A stretch of 64,000 bases of DNA from Octopus vulgaris (GCA_951406725.2 OX597823.1:111352001-111416000); one strand, 5' to 3'. Shown: positions 13,741-29,740, counted from the stretch's first letter. Made by a program: numbers and translations. The notes: a model not told the origin generated them from the sequence alone.

Positions 13741-14449
13741 AGCAGGGGAGGGAAAAAGAGGGATACATATGTATGAATATACATATAGATATATATATGT
13801 TTATATATTATGTGATATATATATATATATATTATGTGAGAGAGAGAATGAGACAGAAGGAGTCGAAGAGAGAAAGAGAGAGATAATTATGTAGTGTGAG
13901 AGTGAGGAAGTGGGGAGTGAAATAGAAAGGGAATGAGACGGAGAGAGAGAGGTAGTGTGAGAGGAAGAAAAAGAAGTGTGTAAGAGGAGGGGGCGTTGAC
14001 AATCTCCCTCCCTGTACTCTCCACTCTCTCGCTCTCTCTCTCTCTGTTTTTTACATCCATCTGTTTCATCCTTTACCTCTTTCTCCACCACCCACTCTCT
14101 CTCTAAGCGTACCTCCTCTTCATCATCCACTCGTCTTCCTCTCCCTACTACTACTAATACCACCACCACCACCACCACCTCCACCATGGCAATGACGGCG
14201 ACCAAGACCACCACTGCCACCACCGTCGCCATCACCATTGCAATCACTAGCACTGCCGCCACCATCGCTACCACCGCTACCATTGCGGTCACTATCACCG
14301 TCGCTGCCACCACCACCACCACCACCACCTCCATTTTCTACCTTCTCACTTACAATACACTATCTTTCTATTTACTCATCTTCTTGCTCTCGAATGCCTT
14401 ATGCTCTTCATGTTCAAATATCTCTTTCTATCTATTTCTCAATATACTG

Positions 14450-14499
<50 letters not shown>

Positions 14500-14817
14500 T
14501 TACTTATATATATGTTTGTCTGATTGTCTGTCTGCATATCTCTCTCTCTCTCTCTCTCTCTTACTTTCTCTCTTTCTCTCTGTGTTACTCTCTCTATATA
14601 TATGTATACACAAAAATATAATTATGTGTATATAGACATGTATATACATATACTTACATACATATATATATATTCCATACAAACATATATATCTCTATGT
14701 ATCTATATCTATCTCTAAGCTTATCTAACAATATCTCTCTCTCACTCTCTTTCACAACATATATGTGTGTGTATATATATATATATATATACAAACACAC
14801 GCAGACACACACATATA

Positions 14818-14863
<46 letters not shown>

Positions 14864-14890
14864 TATATACATACATACGCATGTTTTTAC

Positions 14891-14923
<33 letters not shown>

Positions 14924-15071
14924 CTTGTATACACACATACACATATATACATATATATACATGCATACACACACATACACACTGATCTTTCTCATTGTAC
15001 GTATATAGATCTATATATCAAATTATCTATCTATCTTTCCATGTATCTTTCTCGTTATGTTTGTGTGCATC

Positions 15072-15200
15072 TGTCTCTCTTTCTCTTTCTCTCTTCCTCT
15101 CTCTTTCTCTTTCTCTCTTCCTCTCTCTTTCTCTTTCTCTCTTCCTCTCTCTTTCTCTTTCTCTCTTCCTCTCTCTTTCTCTTTCTCTCTTCCTCTCTCT
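15072..15200. repeat. 24-bp CT-rich minisatellite, about 5 units
   Basis: ctctctttctctttctctcttcct repeated. Confidence 0.9.
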
Positions 15201-15749
15201 CTCTATATATACATACACGTATAAGTGTGTGCATGTGTGTGTATGAGTGTTTGCGTCTGTATGTATCGTATATCAATCTCAGTCAGTTTGACTGTTTCTT
15301 TCCCCAGCCTCACTTTCCTCTTCTCTTCTCTCCTCTATCTCTCCATCTTACTTATCAATCAATCTATTCGTCTCACACGCATCTCTTTCCCCCATGACCA
15401 CCCCCACTGCACATCATCCCTCACTCCTCACTAACTACAGTATCAGTTCTATCTGTTTCAGCCATATGGACAGTATGGTCCTCTGATATCCACATAGACA
15501 TGCACGCACTCAAACGCATGCACGCAATACACAAATACACACACATTTACTCACACACACAAACACACATATTTCCCTACATTCTGCTCCCTACCAACAA
15601 TATTTTTTTTAAAATCCTGTTTCTCAATATTTTCCTTCCTGCTTGTGCTTCTCTCCCTGTTTTCTCTCTATTCCCTCCATAGTAGGGGTGTTTCACTGAG
15701 TAGCCAGCCTCTCTCTGACCATACAAATATACATACACCCATAAATATA

Positions 15750-15823
<74 letters not shown>

Positions 15824-15914
15824 TGTGTGTATAAGTATTTGCATACATACATATATACATACATATAAACATATATATATATATATACATATATACACCT
15901 ATATATACATATAC

Positions 15915-15945
<31 letters not shown>

Positions 15946-16050
15946 CATACATATATATATATATATACGCAAATATATATATACATATATATACATACAT
16001 ATTTACACACAAACACACACACACGTCCTTAGACTAAAGACTAGCCTGCA

Positions 16051-16086
<36 letters not shown>

Positions 16087-16143
16087 CACACACACCTACA
16101 TACATTAATACATACACACACATACATATAATTATGTTTATTC

Positions 16144-16176
<33 letters not shown>

Positions 16177-16293
16177 TACATAATTTTGTTAATACAAACA
16201 GGAAAACAGAGGCCAAAACATGAGTATATATATATTTCATTAATAATTGGCTCTTGGATGACTCTGTAACTTCTGCTGATGAATAATAATAAT

Positions 16294-16332
<39 letters not shown>

Positions 16333-16748
16333 AATAATAATAATGATAATATATATTATGTACATTTTTTTCATTCATTTTAACATACATTTTGCTATAC
16401 TGGCATGGGTTAGATGATGATGTTATTGAAGCATTGCTCTTACAGACGGATGCCTTTCCTGATGCTAACATGTATGTGCATTATATGTAAGGGTTCTCTT
16501 TTTTTAACGTGACTTTGCAAGTGTAAAGTGAAGATGCTGACATCAGAGCTGACGACAAAAACACTACACGGATGTCAATACATGGAAAACAAGCAAATGC
16601 AAACGTGAACAAATATGCAGAGAAACACACACACTCACTCACACACACACACACATTTGTGTTTTTGTGTGTACATGTTTGTGTATGTGTGTGTGTATTG
16701 GTATATATGTGGGTATATATATATATATATATATATATGCATACATAC

Positions 16749-16806
<58 letters not shown>

Positions 16807-16809
16807 GTG

Positions 16810-16880
<71 letters not shown>

Positions 16881-16934
16881 TTATATATACATGTGTATGT
16901 GTGTGTGAATATATGTGTATGTGTGTGTGTGTGT

Positions 16935-17393
16935 TACAGGCTTCTCATTCACTGCCTGCCTACAGAATCCATTGAGAAAGCTTGGGGTAGCTTGGAGCTA
17001 TAAGCAGAAGACAATTTGCCAAGGTACCATGCAGTGGAAGGGAACACAAAACAGCACCTTCTTAACCACGCAGCTATGGCCGCAGACAAATTAATAATAT
17101 AAATGATGTTTATTTATATAAAAAAAAAGAAAACCTAGAAATGCTACCAGAATAAAAAAAAAAACACAATAGAATTGTATAATGATTTCAAATTTTGGCA
17201 CAAGGCCAGCAAATTCAGGAAGAGGTTAAGTTAATTACATCGGCCCCAATGCTTTAACTTATACTTATTTTATTGACCCTGAAATAATGAAAGTTAAATT
17301 TTACCTAAGTGCAATTTGAACTCAGAATACAAATGGCCAAATTGCCACTAAGCATTTTCCCAGGTGAGCTAACTGTTCTGCCAACTTGCTGTC
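16935..17393 (-). mobile_element. Old degenerate SINE A 5' half (16935-17085) and SINE B tail-2 copy (17183-17393)
   Basis: Diverged matches to family A (agaagac..ttgccaaggt.ccatgcagtgg) and family B (atttgaactcagaa, ttttggcacaaggccagc). Confidence 0.65.
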
Positions 17394-17918
17394 CTACAAT
17401 AAGACTTAACATTAAGTTCTAAAAATTTAAGTAATTTAAAAGTTATATATGTATACATATGTAAATGTATGTATGTATGCATATATATATATATATATAT
17501 GTATGTATGCATGTATACACATACATACAGCTACATATGTATATATATATATATATGTATACATACATATATAAATGTATGCATATATATGTATGTATAC
17601 ATATATAAATGTATGTATATATATATGTATGTATATATATATGTATACATATATAAACGCATGTGTGTGTATATATATATACATACACACACATACATAC
17701 CTGTATCATTATTTTCCCTAGGTATAGATATCTATGGAAAAGTGCATAAAAGACATGAAAGTGTTCTTATTTTGTAATTTTTGGTTTCACCCTATTTCTA
17801 AACTTTCAAAATTAGATAAGTGATTAATGTGTTGTTAATTACTGTATGTGGGAAGTTATCCTTGAGAACTGTATTATATATGCATATTTGAGTGTTTATG
17901 CCCGCATGTGAATACATT

Positions 17919-18322
<404 letters not shown>

Positions 18323-18347
18323 ATATATGTATATATATATATATATA

Positions 18348-18395
<48 letters not shown>

Positions 18396-19094
18396 AGCAC
18401 ACACACATCTGTATACGCACACATACACCAAAATATATATATATATGTATATATATAAGCACACACACAGCTATATACGCACACATACACCTAAATATAT
18501 ATATATTTATTATGTGTGTATGTGCATAATGAGTAACATTGCATATATATATAAATATATATTTACATATTGGGCCCTGCAGCTCCCTGCAGATCTATTT
18601 CCCCCTTGTTCTTTTCCCCTCTATCACTTTTAGCTGTCCCTCATTGTACATCTACTGGTATACCATTGCCTTATCTCTTTTATTTCCCCCCATCTCTTTC
18701 TCTCTCTCTCTCTTTCTCTCTCTCTTACAACAGTTTAAACTCCTTGTACTTTTTTTCTCTCCTCATACTGTTCCTCATTTCCCTTTAATTGTACACTCAC
18801 TTTTTAACATTTCGTATTTTTCGATTTTATCTTCATTTTCTTTTTCCTGCTCTTACGACGACTCTTCTTATTCTTTATATATCCATTCAGAAAAATACAT
18901 ATATACATGTATACATATATATACGTGTGTGTGTGTGTGTGTGTGCACGTCTGTATGTGTGTCTGTGTGTATATATATGCATACATATATGCATATATAT
19001 ATATGTATATATGGCTATATATGTATGCATCTATATATATATATATATGGGTATATATATGTTTATATATATGTATGCATGTTTGTGTTTATAT

Positions 19095-19130
<36 letters not shown>

Positions 19131-19307
19131 ACACACACATATACAGATATACATACACATATATAAATATATACCTACATTTATATATACACACAGCTAT
19201 ACACACACACACATATGTATATATTTTGTATAGATATATATATGTGTTTATAGATATGTACATGAATTTATACATACACACATACATATACATATACATA
19301 TACATAT

Positions 19308-19338
<31 letters not shown>

Positions 19339-19468
19339 CATACATATATATATATATAAGCATTTGTGTGTATCGGTGTGTATATATATATGTAGGTATA
19401 TATTTGTATATGTGTATATGTATATCAGTATGTGTGTGTATACATATACATATATATATATAAACACA

Positions 19469-19508
<40 letters not shown>

Positions 19509-19740
19509 CATATACATTTATTTTTATATTATGCCAGAATAGAAAACAGACATTAAATGAGGATGATAATGATACATACATACATATATATACACATATA
19601 TATATATGTATATATATATGTGTCTGTGTATGTGTATGTGTGTGTGTGTGTGTGTGTGTTTACTCACACACACAAACACACACATACATACATACTTACA
19701 TATATATATATATGTATATATATATATGTATATATATATG

Positions 19741-19771
<31 letters not shown>

Positions 19772-20141
19772 TTGTTTACAGTCTGTCTTAGAAGGATGGA
19801 ATGCATTTCCTTCTTCCCCCTCTCTCTCACTCTGTGTCCCTCTTTCACTATCGCAATGCATTGTTATCTCTCTGTTGAAGTCTGTGTATCTCTTACTGTC
19901 CAATATTTTTTTCTACCATTATTGTTATCAAGTGCTCAGTCTCCTTTAGTTATATTGCTTCAATATACCAATTCTCCTGTCTATCCATGAATCAATTTGT
20001 ATACCTATTTATCTCACCGATAATCTCTCTCTCCCTCCCTCACTCCCTTTCTCTCTCTTTCCATCTGTGTATGTATGTGTATGTATATACATATATATAC
20101 ATATACATATATTCATGTATATGTATGTATGTGTATATATA

Positions 20142-20188
<47 letters not shown>

Positions 20189-20205
20189 GTATGTATGTAT
20201 ATATA

Positions 20206-20297
<92 letters not shown>

Positions 20298-20391
20298 TTT
20301 ATAGCTATAAATACGAACATATATACATATACATGTAATGTGTGTGTGAATACATATAAATATATATATACATATATATTTATATACTTAC

Positions 20392-20445
<54 letters not shown>

Positions 20446-20886
20446 GTACATACAGACATACCTACATACGTACATCTGTTCCAATAACTAGTCGTCAGGA
20501 CTGGATATACTTATGAATGCATAGTATTACATCACCTGATCTAATTCCTTTCTGTATATATTGCCTCTGACGAAGGTAAAATTTGTAACACATTCCTGCT
20601 TGTTTCCTTAAAGGCAAAACCCCTGTGAGCTAACGAAAGTGTTTATGCAGCTCGTGTCTCATATTCAGTGAATTATTAATTAAGTAATGCATACCTAGAT
20701 AGATATACCTTTAATCTTCTGTATTATATCTTTTACTTACTTCAGCCACTGTACTGCGGATAGGCTTGGACACTACCTGGAAGGGTTTTATATAAACAAA
20801 TCATCCAACCGTAGCAATATTTCCAAGCCTTGTATTTACTCTTTCAGTCTCTTTTGCTTAATCATGAAGTTACAGTGATACTCTCT

Positions 20887-21446
<560 letters not shown>

Positions 21447-21769
21447 ACAAGGAGTGTTGGACAAACCAACACCAACACATTCACACACACATGCATAAAC
21501 CATAAAATGTCAGGAAGTATAAGAGATGAATATATTTATTTAACTACTTTGACATCCTGAAGATAACAAATGTTTCACAGCCTCCTTCATGTAGTAATAA
21601 TTTCAGTGTGGAATAAATCATGTTAACATATTTTTGCATTAATATACATGCTATGCATTACGCCATACAATTGTATATTCCCAATTCAATGTAAATCAAG
21701 AATGCCAGCTCATCAGATCACCAGAATATACATACATACTTATGTATATACATACAAAATGTGACCACA

Positions 21770-21950
21770 TGTGTACTGTTGGCGATTTTTTTCCCATGTC
21801 GTCCCTTCTCTGGATCTTTCCTTTTCCTATGTTTCTTACGAAGAGCTCGCTCTTCCCTTCCTTCCTGAGCGTCCAATAATACTATATTTGTACCATGTCC
21901 TCGCGTTGTTGTGTTTTTTCTTGGTGTTTTCATGTTTGGATTAACTTTAT
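21770..21950 (+). mobile_element. Penelope-like 3'-end fragment (related to 29265-29398 and 43588-43692)
   Basis: Shared gaagagc..gctc and ttcctgagcgt...taatac motifs; the 29276 copy has agaagagcataggctcgaaacgta, a hammerhead 3' half. Confidence 0.45.
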
Positions 21951-22105
21951 ATATATAAGTTCAGTAAAATTTAAATTCAGATGAATATGGTACTTAAGTG
22001 AAAGGCACCAGAATTTAGTATGGTATCATCCATATAATTCAAAATGGGGTGATTATGATCAAAATAAGCAACAAGGTAATGCAGTACAATCGTTTCTATA
22101 TTTTT

Positions 22106-22194
22106 ATGTAGCTGAAGATTGGTCTACATTTTAAATTGATGTAATGTTTACATTGTTCAACTAAATGGAGTCGCATGAAACGATCGTACTGCAT
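22106..22194 (+). ncRNA. Type I hammerhead ribozyme motif within inverted repeat 22064-22096 / 22177-22220
   Basis: Stem I atgtag/ctgcat, core CTGAAGA...GAAA, palindromic stem III cgatcg, GUA cleavage triplet. Confidence 0.6.
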
Positions 22195-22225
22195 TAACTC
22201 TGGATATCATTGTTGCTTATATATA

Positions 22226-22271
<46 letters not shown>

Positions 22272-22486
22272 GCAGATGTATAATGTGTCAACCCACTACA
22301 GCTGTTTCCAACGAATTTTTAATTAATTAATTGTGACATTATGTCATTAGTAAAAAACAGTTTTCATCATGTGAATATATGAATCACAACATTCAAAAAC
22401 ATTCAAAATCCAAGCGATGTTGGGCAGGGGTGACAAAAACAGACACACAAACAAACACATGCACATATGCATATATATATATATAT

Positions 22487-22561
<75 letters not shown>

Positions 22562-23240
22562 TAAAGGGTCTCCTTAAGTGTTCACAATCATTTTTCCATT
22601 GTCTTGGCTTAACAGCCCTCACTGTTTGTTTTTACTGTTTTGTTCTCATTGTCCTGTCTTTTACTGTTTTTACTTTTTTATTGTTTTTACTGATTTGTTC
22701 TTCCTGTCCAGTTCTTGTTACCACTTTTACCCGCCGCAAGAAGTCCCAAATTTTATTTAATTTGCTTTGCGGGAAGGACTGTTTCAGTGAAGTCGCATCT
22801 TGTCCTTACCTTCGAAACACAGAGTAGATGAAACAGGGACAACTGAAGAAGGGGAATATTCCTTGTGTTGTATGTCCAGTACTCTGTTTTTCGAACTTTG
22901 AAAGAAGTTCATTTCTATGTTTTTGTTTTTTATGTTTTCGTTTCTCATTGTGTACATCGTTTTTTTGATGTCCTGTACCCATATATGCATGTATATATAC
23001 ATATATATGTAGGTATGTACATATATGTATGTATGCATATATTTATATATTATTTATATCATTATCTGATCGAACGCCACGCATCCTTTTCCAAGTAAGT
23101 TTTATCTATATATGTAGATAGATAGATAGATAGGTAGATAGATAGATAGATAGCTAGCTAGATAGATAGACAGATAAATAGATAGATAGATAGATAGATA
23201 GGTAAGTAGGTAGATAGATAGGTAAGTAGGTAGATAGATT

Positions 23241-23334
<94 letters not shown>

Positions 23335-23339
23335 CAGAC

Positions 23340-23464
<125 letters not shown>

Positions 23465-23838
23465 TACATAAACTGCATGATTAGGCCCCATGCAACTGAG
23501 AATAAGATTTGTAGATGTTGCAATTTACCACATAGTCCCAGTTGGTACAAGGAAAGTTAACTCTATTGAATATTCATCAATACAGAGTGATTGGTGTAGG
23601 CCAATTTGCTTGTGTTTGTATATGTGTGTATGAGTGTATATCTATATCAATCAACTGATCTATACATACATACATACATACATATATCCATCGATCCATC
23701 GATCCATCCATCCATACATACATAGATATATAGATACATGTATTTATATATTTATGTGTGCATGTGTGTATGTGTGTGACTGTGAGTATACATATATGTA
23801 TATCTACAAATATATATACAAAGGTACATATACACATA

Positions 23839-24191
23839 AGTGCAGGAGTGACTGTGTCGTAAGTATCTTGCCAACCAACCACATGGTTCCAGGGTCAGTC
23901 CTATTGCGTGGCACTTTGGGCTAGTGTCTTCTACTATCGCCTTGGATTGACCAAGGCCTTGTGTGTGGATTTGGTAGGCGGAAATTGAAAGAAGCTCATT
24001 GTATGTGTGTGTGTGCGTGTGTGTACGTGCACATCTGTGTATCTGTGTTTGTTCCCAAACCATTGCTTGACAACTGATGCTGGTGTGTTTATCTCCCCGT
24101 AATCTAGCGGTTTGGCAAAAGAGATCAATAAAATAAATACTGGGTTTACAAATAATAAGTCCTGTGGGTTGATTTGGTTGACTAAAGGCGG
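23839..24191 (+). mobile_element. SINE A, 3'-truncated
   Basis: Match to the family A head and body up to gactaaaggcgg. Confidence 0.85.
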
Positions 24192-24626
24192 ATGCAATTG
24201 CTCTCAGTTGAAAGTTCAGCCCACTGGATGCTAGCAAGTTTATGAGGTCATCACAAGAGAATGCATACCATTTCAGGGCCTTCCATGTAATGGCATAACT
24301 GCATACTGCCTCCCATCCTCACTGAAATGAGGTCCCACTTGACTAAATCAACTGGTTATTAGGTTTCATACACATAAGCACACACATTTATTATGTATCA
24401 ATCAGCAGAATTTAGAACAAAATGTGTTTAAATAATTTGTTTCCTGTATGATTAGAGATGAAATCCTCATGGTGGTAAGTTGGATTTTTATCTTAACAAG
24501 AATACATTTAACAAGAAATTATCAATCATTCATATACTTCAGTTGAACTGATCAACAGCAAACCCACACCATTTGAAATATCTTACCTTGGCAAACATAA
24601 GCATTATTAAATGGTATAGTAGTAAA

Positions 24627-24858
24627 AGGCGGCGAGCCGGCAGAAACGTTACCACACCGGGCGAAATGCGTCGCCATATTTCGTCTGCCGTTATGTTCTG
24701 AGTTCAAATTCCGCCGAGATCGACTTTGCCTTTCATCCTTTCGGGGTCGATAAATTAAGTACCAGTTTCGCACTGGGGTCGATGTAATCGACTTAATACC
24801 TATGTCTGTCCTTGTTTGTCCCCTCTATGTCTAGCCCCTTGTGGGTAATAAAGAAATA
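24627..24858 (+). mobile_element. SINE B, tail 1, with 12-bp TSD
   Basis: TSD ggtatagtagta at 24613-24624 and 24859-24870. Confidence 0.93.
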
Positions 24859-24878
24859 GGTATAGTAGTATATACAGT

Positions 24879-25228
24879 TAGGTGCATAGCTCAATGGTTA
24901 GAGCAGTGGGCCTATAAACATGAGGTTATGACTTCCATTCCTGGACTGGGCTGTGTGTTGTGTTCTTAAGCAAGACACTTTATTTCATGTTACTCCATTT
25001 CATTCGTTTGTAGAAATGAGTTGCGACATCACTGGTGCCAAGCTGTATTGGCCTTTGCCTTTCCCTTGGATAATATTGGTGGTGTGGAGAGGAGAGGTTG
25101 GTATGCATAGGCAACTGCTGGTCTTCCATAAAAGAACCTTGCCTGGACTTCTACCTTGGAGGGTAACTTTCTAGGTGCAATCCCATGGTCATTCCTGACC
25201 GAGGGGGGTGTATACTCTTTAACCTTAC
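24879..25228 (+). mobile_element. tRNA-derived SINE family D (middle M1 + tail T2)
   Basis: Head tagctcaatggttagagc; TSD tatatacagt at 24869-24878 and 25229-25238; 3' 190 bp shared with 34345-34870. Confidence 0.85.
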
Positions 25229-25562
25229 TATATACAGTCATATCACTGTACGTTCCAACTTCAGGTTCCATTGTTGTCAACTTTGTCTCATACATACCAG
25301 TAAACTACTGGAAGCTGTTCCAGTGACTCTGATTCTGCCCCCAAATTTGTGACTCAGTGACCATTTTAGGGATCGCAATTATAAACATTCGATCTTTTAA
25401 CCCATAAGGTGTTGGGAATAATTATAGTTTAATTAGCCAGCATAAAAAAATGGATGTGAATCTATGGTAATGTTAATGATGATTTATATGCATTCTTTAC
25501 TCCTTTATACTGTGTGTGTGTGTGTATAGATACATGTATATATAAATATGCATATAAATATA

Positions 25563-25617
<55 letters not shown>

Positions 25618-25703
25618 ACATATACACACATATGTGTAAATACATGTGTGCGCATGTATATATATATATATATATATAATTATATGTAAATATATGTGTG
25701 TGC

Positions 25704-25747
<44 letters not shown>

Positions 25748-25803
25748 GTGTATATATGCATATATACATACATATATAAATACACAAATATATTATATAT
25801 GTG

Positions 25804-25875
<72 letters not shown>

Positions 25876-26763
25876 TAAATACTTACGCACATACATATAT
25901 AACAATGCACATACACATATATATGTATGTATACACACATTCCGTATAATCATCTTGGAAATGTACATGGTTTCTAGTTTCTGTTTTAATATTTTATTTA
26001 TTCAAAATTTCTTTGCAATCTGCAATGAATAATGAAAATATACCTACACGGCATATACAGAAAAGCTCTCAGGCAAATGCATGCATCCACACACACGCGC
26101 ACTTGCACAAATATACGCATGCACTTTGTACATGATGCCAAGAAATTATATTGAATTATATTTACAAACGTGTGTGCACCCGCGCACACACACACACACA
26201 CACATAAATATATATATATATATATATATATACCTCTGAAATCATATGCACAACAGATACAGCAATGCATATGTGCAAGAATGCAGTAATGTAGTTATGC
26301 ACAATGGGAAATACTTGCATGTTTGCTGTAAAGCAAAAAAATATATACACATGTCAAAAGATGTACTGTGAAGCAGTATATGTGTATGCATGTTGTACAT
26401 AGCTGTAGATGGACATGAGGCTGGTTTATCTGATGAATATTAGACAAATTGTGGGTGTGGCATACACCACTGTATACCTATGATGAATGCCTGTGTATGT
26501 AACGTTGTACTTATATACAGTGAAACATATGCGTACTTAGACATGTTTATATGCAAGTATTATGCATACACACACATATATATGTATCTATGCATGTATA
26601 CACTCTGAGACATGCACATATGTATATGCTTACACCCATCCATCCATTTATACATATGTATGTATGTATGTATAATCTATCTATCTATATATATATATAT
26701 ATTTATACATATATATATACGTATATATGTGTCTATATATATATATATATATATATACGTATA

Positions 26764-26801
<38 letters not shown>

Positions 26802-26802
<1 letters not shown>

Positions 26803-27047
26803 TAGAAAAAACACCTTTTATCAATTCAAATTGAACAATTAAATTACAGGTAAAATAGAACCACTCTTTTGGAATTCAACTTTGCAGGATATTCCTATAA
26901 CATCTAGAAAGGAATATATTTTAAATCTTATTAATAATATTAAAGATTTTATTGTTATTTTAATTTTAATATTTCTAATATATGTAATTTTCTAGATGGT
27001 GTAATTTAATTGTTCATTTCAAATTGATAAAAGGTGGGTTTTTTAAA
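26802..27047. repeat. AT-rich inverted repeat element (about 45-bp arms) in (TA)n
   Basis: caccttttatcaattcaaattgaacaattaaattaca versus tgtaatttaattgttcatttcaaattgataaaaggtg. Confidence 0.7.
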
Positions 27048-27147
27048 GTTTTATATATATATTATATTGTGTGAAATTTGATTTAGCTTTTCTAAATTGA
27101 ATTTTTTTCACTGTAAGTTAGGATTAATTATTCCCTCAAATAATTAT

Positions 27148-27182
<35 letters not shown>

Positions 27183-27329
27183 ATATTCAAACACACATGC
27201 ATACATTTCTTTTATCATCATCATAATCATCATTTAGCATCCTTGTTCTATCCTGGCATATAACAGTATTTGATGAGTCCAAGGACTGTCTCCTGCTCCC
27301 CACTTTACTTGACATGGTTACTATGAATC

Positions 27330-27525
27330 TAAGACATTTATGCCCCCCCCCCCATGGAAAATAAACCCTGCCCCCAAGGACAATTACCCCTGAGGACAAC
27401 AGAGGAGGATTTAAAACTTCTTAATATATTGGAGAGGGGGTAATTAACCAAATGGGTAATTGCCCTAGGGAGTAGTTGACGGGGGGAATTGTCCTATTGG
27501 GGTGGGTGTAATTGTTCTGATATGG
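27330..27525. mobile_element. Probable MITE with reiterated subterminal motifs
   Basis: ggacaattacccc on the left versus ggggtaatt / gggggaattgtcc repeats on the right. Confidence 0.45.
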
Positions 27526-27826
27526 TCACTATAGACAGGGGCCGTTCACAATGCCAACCATTTTCTAGCACCTATTGGGTACTTTTCCAATGCTATTTGT
27601 GCTATTGATTGGTCTATCTACTTTGCAAGACAATAAACCTTGAGTAAGGCAGTTTTATACTAGGAAGCAAGGCGTAAAAGTATCAGAAAAGGGGTTTTTT
27701 GGTGTTGAGGAGTTACATGACTACTCATATTTTACAAGGAAAGGTGTGAGTGGTTGTGCTAGAGCTGTTAGAAGAGAAAAATAGTGGTTATGCAGTTTCA
27801 GAATGAACACCTAAGGTATGAAGTGA

Positions 27827-27858
<32 letters not shown>

Positions 27859-28184
27859 GCACATGCACACACATATATATATATATCAGTCGGTTGCTCA
27901 TATTTGTGACACAGAAGCACACTCTCAAACATTACTGCTGTAGTATACTTAGAGGATTTTTTGTCATAGTATGTCAGAGAGTGACCCTTGGTTTCACAAC
28001 TATAAAGTGTTCAGCTCTACAGGTGATTCATCAGGTGTGTTGCCTATACAGCTAAGCACTTTTAGGTGCAAAGCCAATGGTCACGCTCTGATTGACCATA
28101 ACAAACCAACCTTCTATATGCATATATGTATGTATGGATGTATGTATAGACGGATGGGTGTATATATGTATGCATATATATATG

Positions 28185-28218
<34 letters not shown>

Positions 28219-28220
28219 TG

Positions 28221-28263
<43 letters not shown>

Positions 28264-28268
28264 CTGTA

Positions 28269-28303
<35 letters not shown>

Positions 28304-28307
<4 letters not shown>

Positions 28308-29181
28308 CCAAAAAAATGGAATAAGAATGTAACAGATAACAATAAAACATATGCACAGATTGATGATACAAAGACGGACAGGAAAAACCAGGACGGAACA
28401 TTTGTGGCTTCTGTTCATCAGTCAACTTTCCAATTATCATTAGTTTTGGCCCGTTATGCTTGAGACTATTCAAAATTGGTAGGCCCCAAAACGTTAAGCT
28501 AACAGTGTTATATCTTTGGATGAAAACAAGTGAATGTGTACAACAACAGAGATAAAAAGACAAGAAAAACAGAGAAAATGTTACACGATTACAAATACAA
28601 ACAACACGAGAAAAACAACTGGTGTCTAGTGACTAATAAAGACAAGTTAAGTTAAACAGCACAACATAGATGTAAGTTAGGTGCCAGGAAAATAAGGTGT
28701 TGTATGAGCAATGGTTGGGCCAAAAAAGGAAGATCATGCTTGACCAGACATCGGTCATGAGGGAAGAACAGAGAGATGTAGGGAGCAGAGGGATTGAAGA
28801 ATTAGGGAAGGAACTAGAGAGAGAGAGAAGGGGGAAGGGACAGAGGGGAAATGTACAAAGGAGATAACGAAAGAAAGTAGAGAGATTAAAGAAAGAGAAT
28901 GCTAAGAAATGTGAGAGAGGTGGAGCGAGAAAAAGAAAAGAGGAAAGAAACAAAGTATAAGGGGGACTAAAAGAAGGAGAAAAATGTCATACAGAATTTA
29001 GATACATACTTACAAGGTGAGCAAAAGGTGTACATACGCCGCTATATGTATATATAAATAAATCTAAAAAATGGAGTAAGAATGTAATGGACGACAATGA
29101 AAACATACAGACAGATAGACAATACGAAGACAGACAGGAAAAGCCAAAATGGATCATTCGTGGTATTCTGTTCATCAGTCA
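28304..29181 (-). mobile_element. Penelope-like relic with ~120-bp diverged direct terminal repeats (28304-28423, 29060-29181)
   Basis: Both repeats read aaatc.aaaaaatgga.taagaatgtaa...ttctgttcatcagtca, giving CTGATGA on the minus strand; bounded by (TA)n. Confidence 0.5.
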
Positions 29182-29395
29182 GGTTTCTATGCACACATAC
29201 ACACAAACACATATATGTATATCTATATATATATATTTACAGTATATATATATATATATATATGTCCCTTTGTGTAGAAGAGCATAGGCTCGAAACGTAA
29301 AAGACTTTTTCAATTCCTGAGCGTTATACTAATACATCTGTTTGTTTTGTACACCACCTGTCTTCGACTTTTGTTTTTTTTTTCGTGAACTCTCC

Positions 29396-29451
<56 letters not shown>

Positions 29452-29550
29452 TGTATATATATAAAAATATATAAAGAGAGAGGGGGAAGGAGAGGGAGAG
29501 AGAGTGGAGGATGGATGAATAGATAGATAAATAGATAGATAGATACTTAC

Positions 29551-29606
<56 letters not shown>

Positions 29607-29740
29607 CTTTATTTAAAAGCAGCAGAAATATATTATATATTGTTATATTTCTGCTGCTTTTAAATAAAGTATATTACTCTACCTCTGGTATTTGAGTACT
29701 CTTTTCCCACCTTGTTTCCCATTTATGTGCTTACTCCGGT
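29607..29740 (+). mobile_element. Fold-back family P, short-arm copy
   Basis: 26-bp inverted arms (29607-29632 / 29644-29669) plus conserved tail atattactcta...tttgagtactc...tactccggt. Confidence 0.85.

Noticed and set aside
18539-19990. 483-aa ORF and the many [12 protein letters not shown]/poly-N/poly-T ORFs
   Set aside because: They are translations of stop-free microsatellites, with no domain content.
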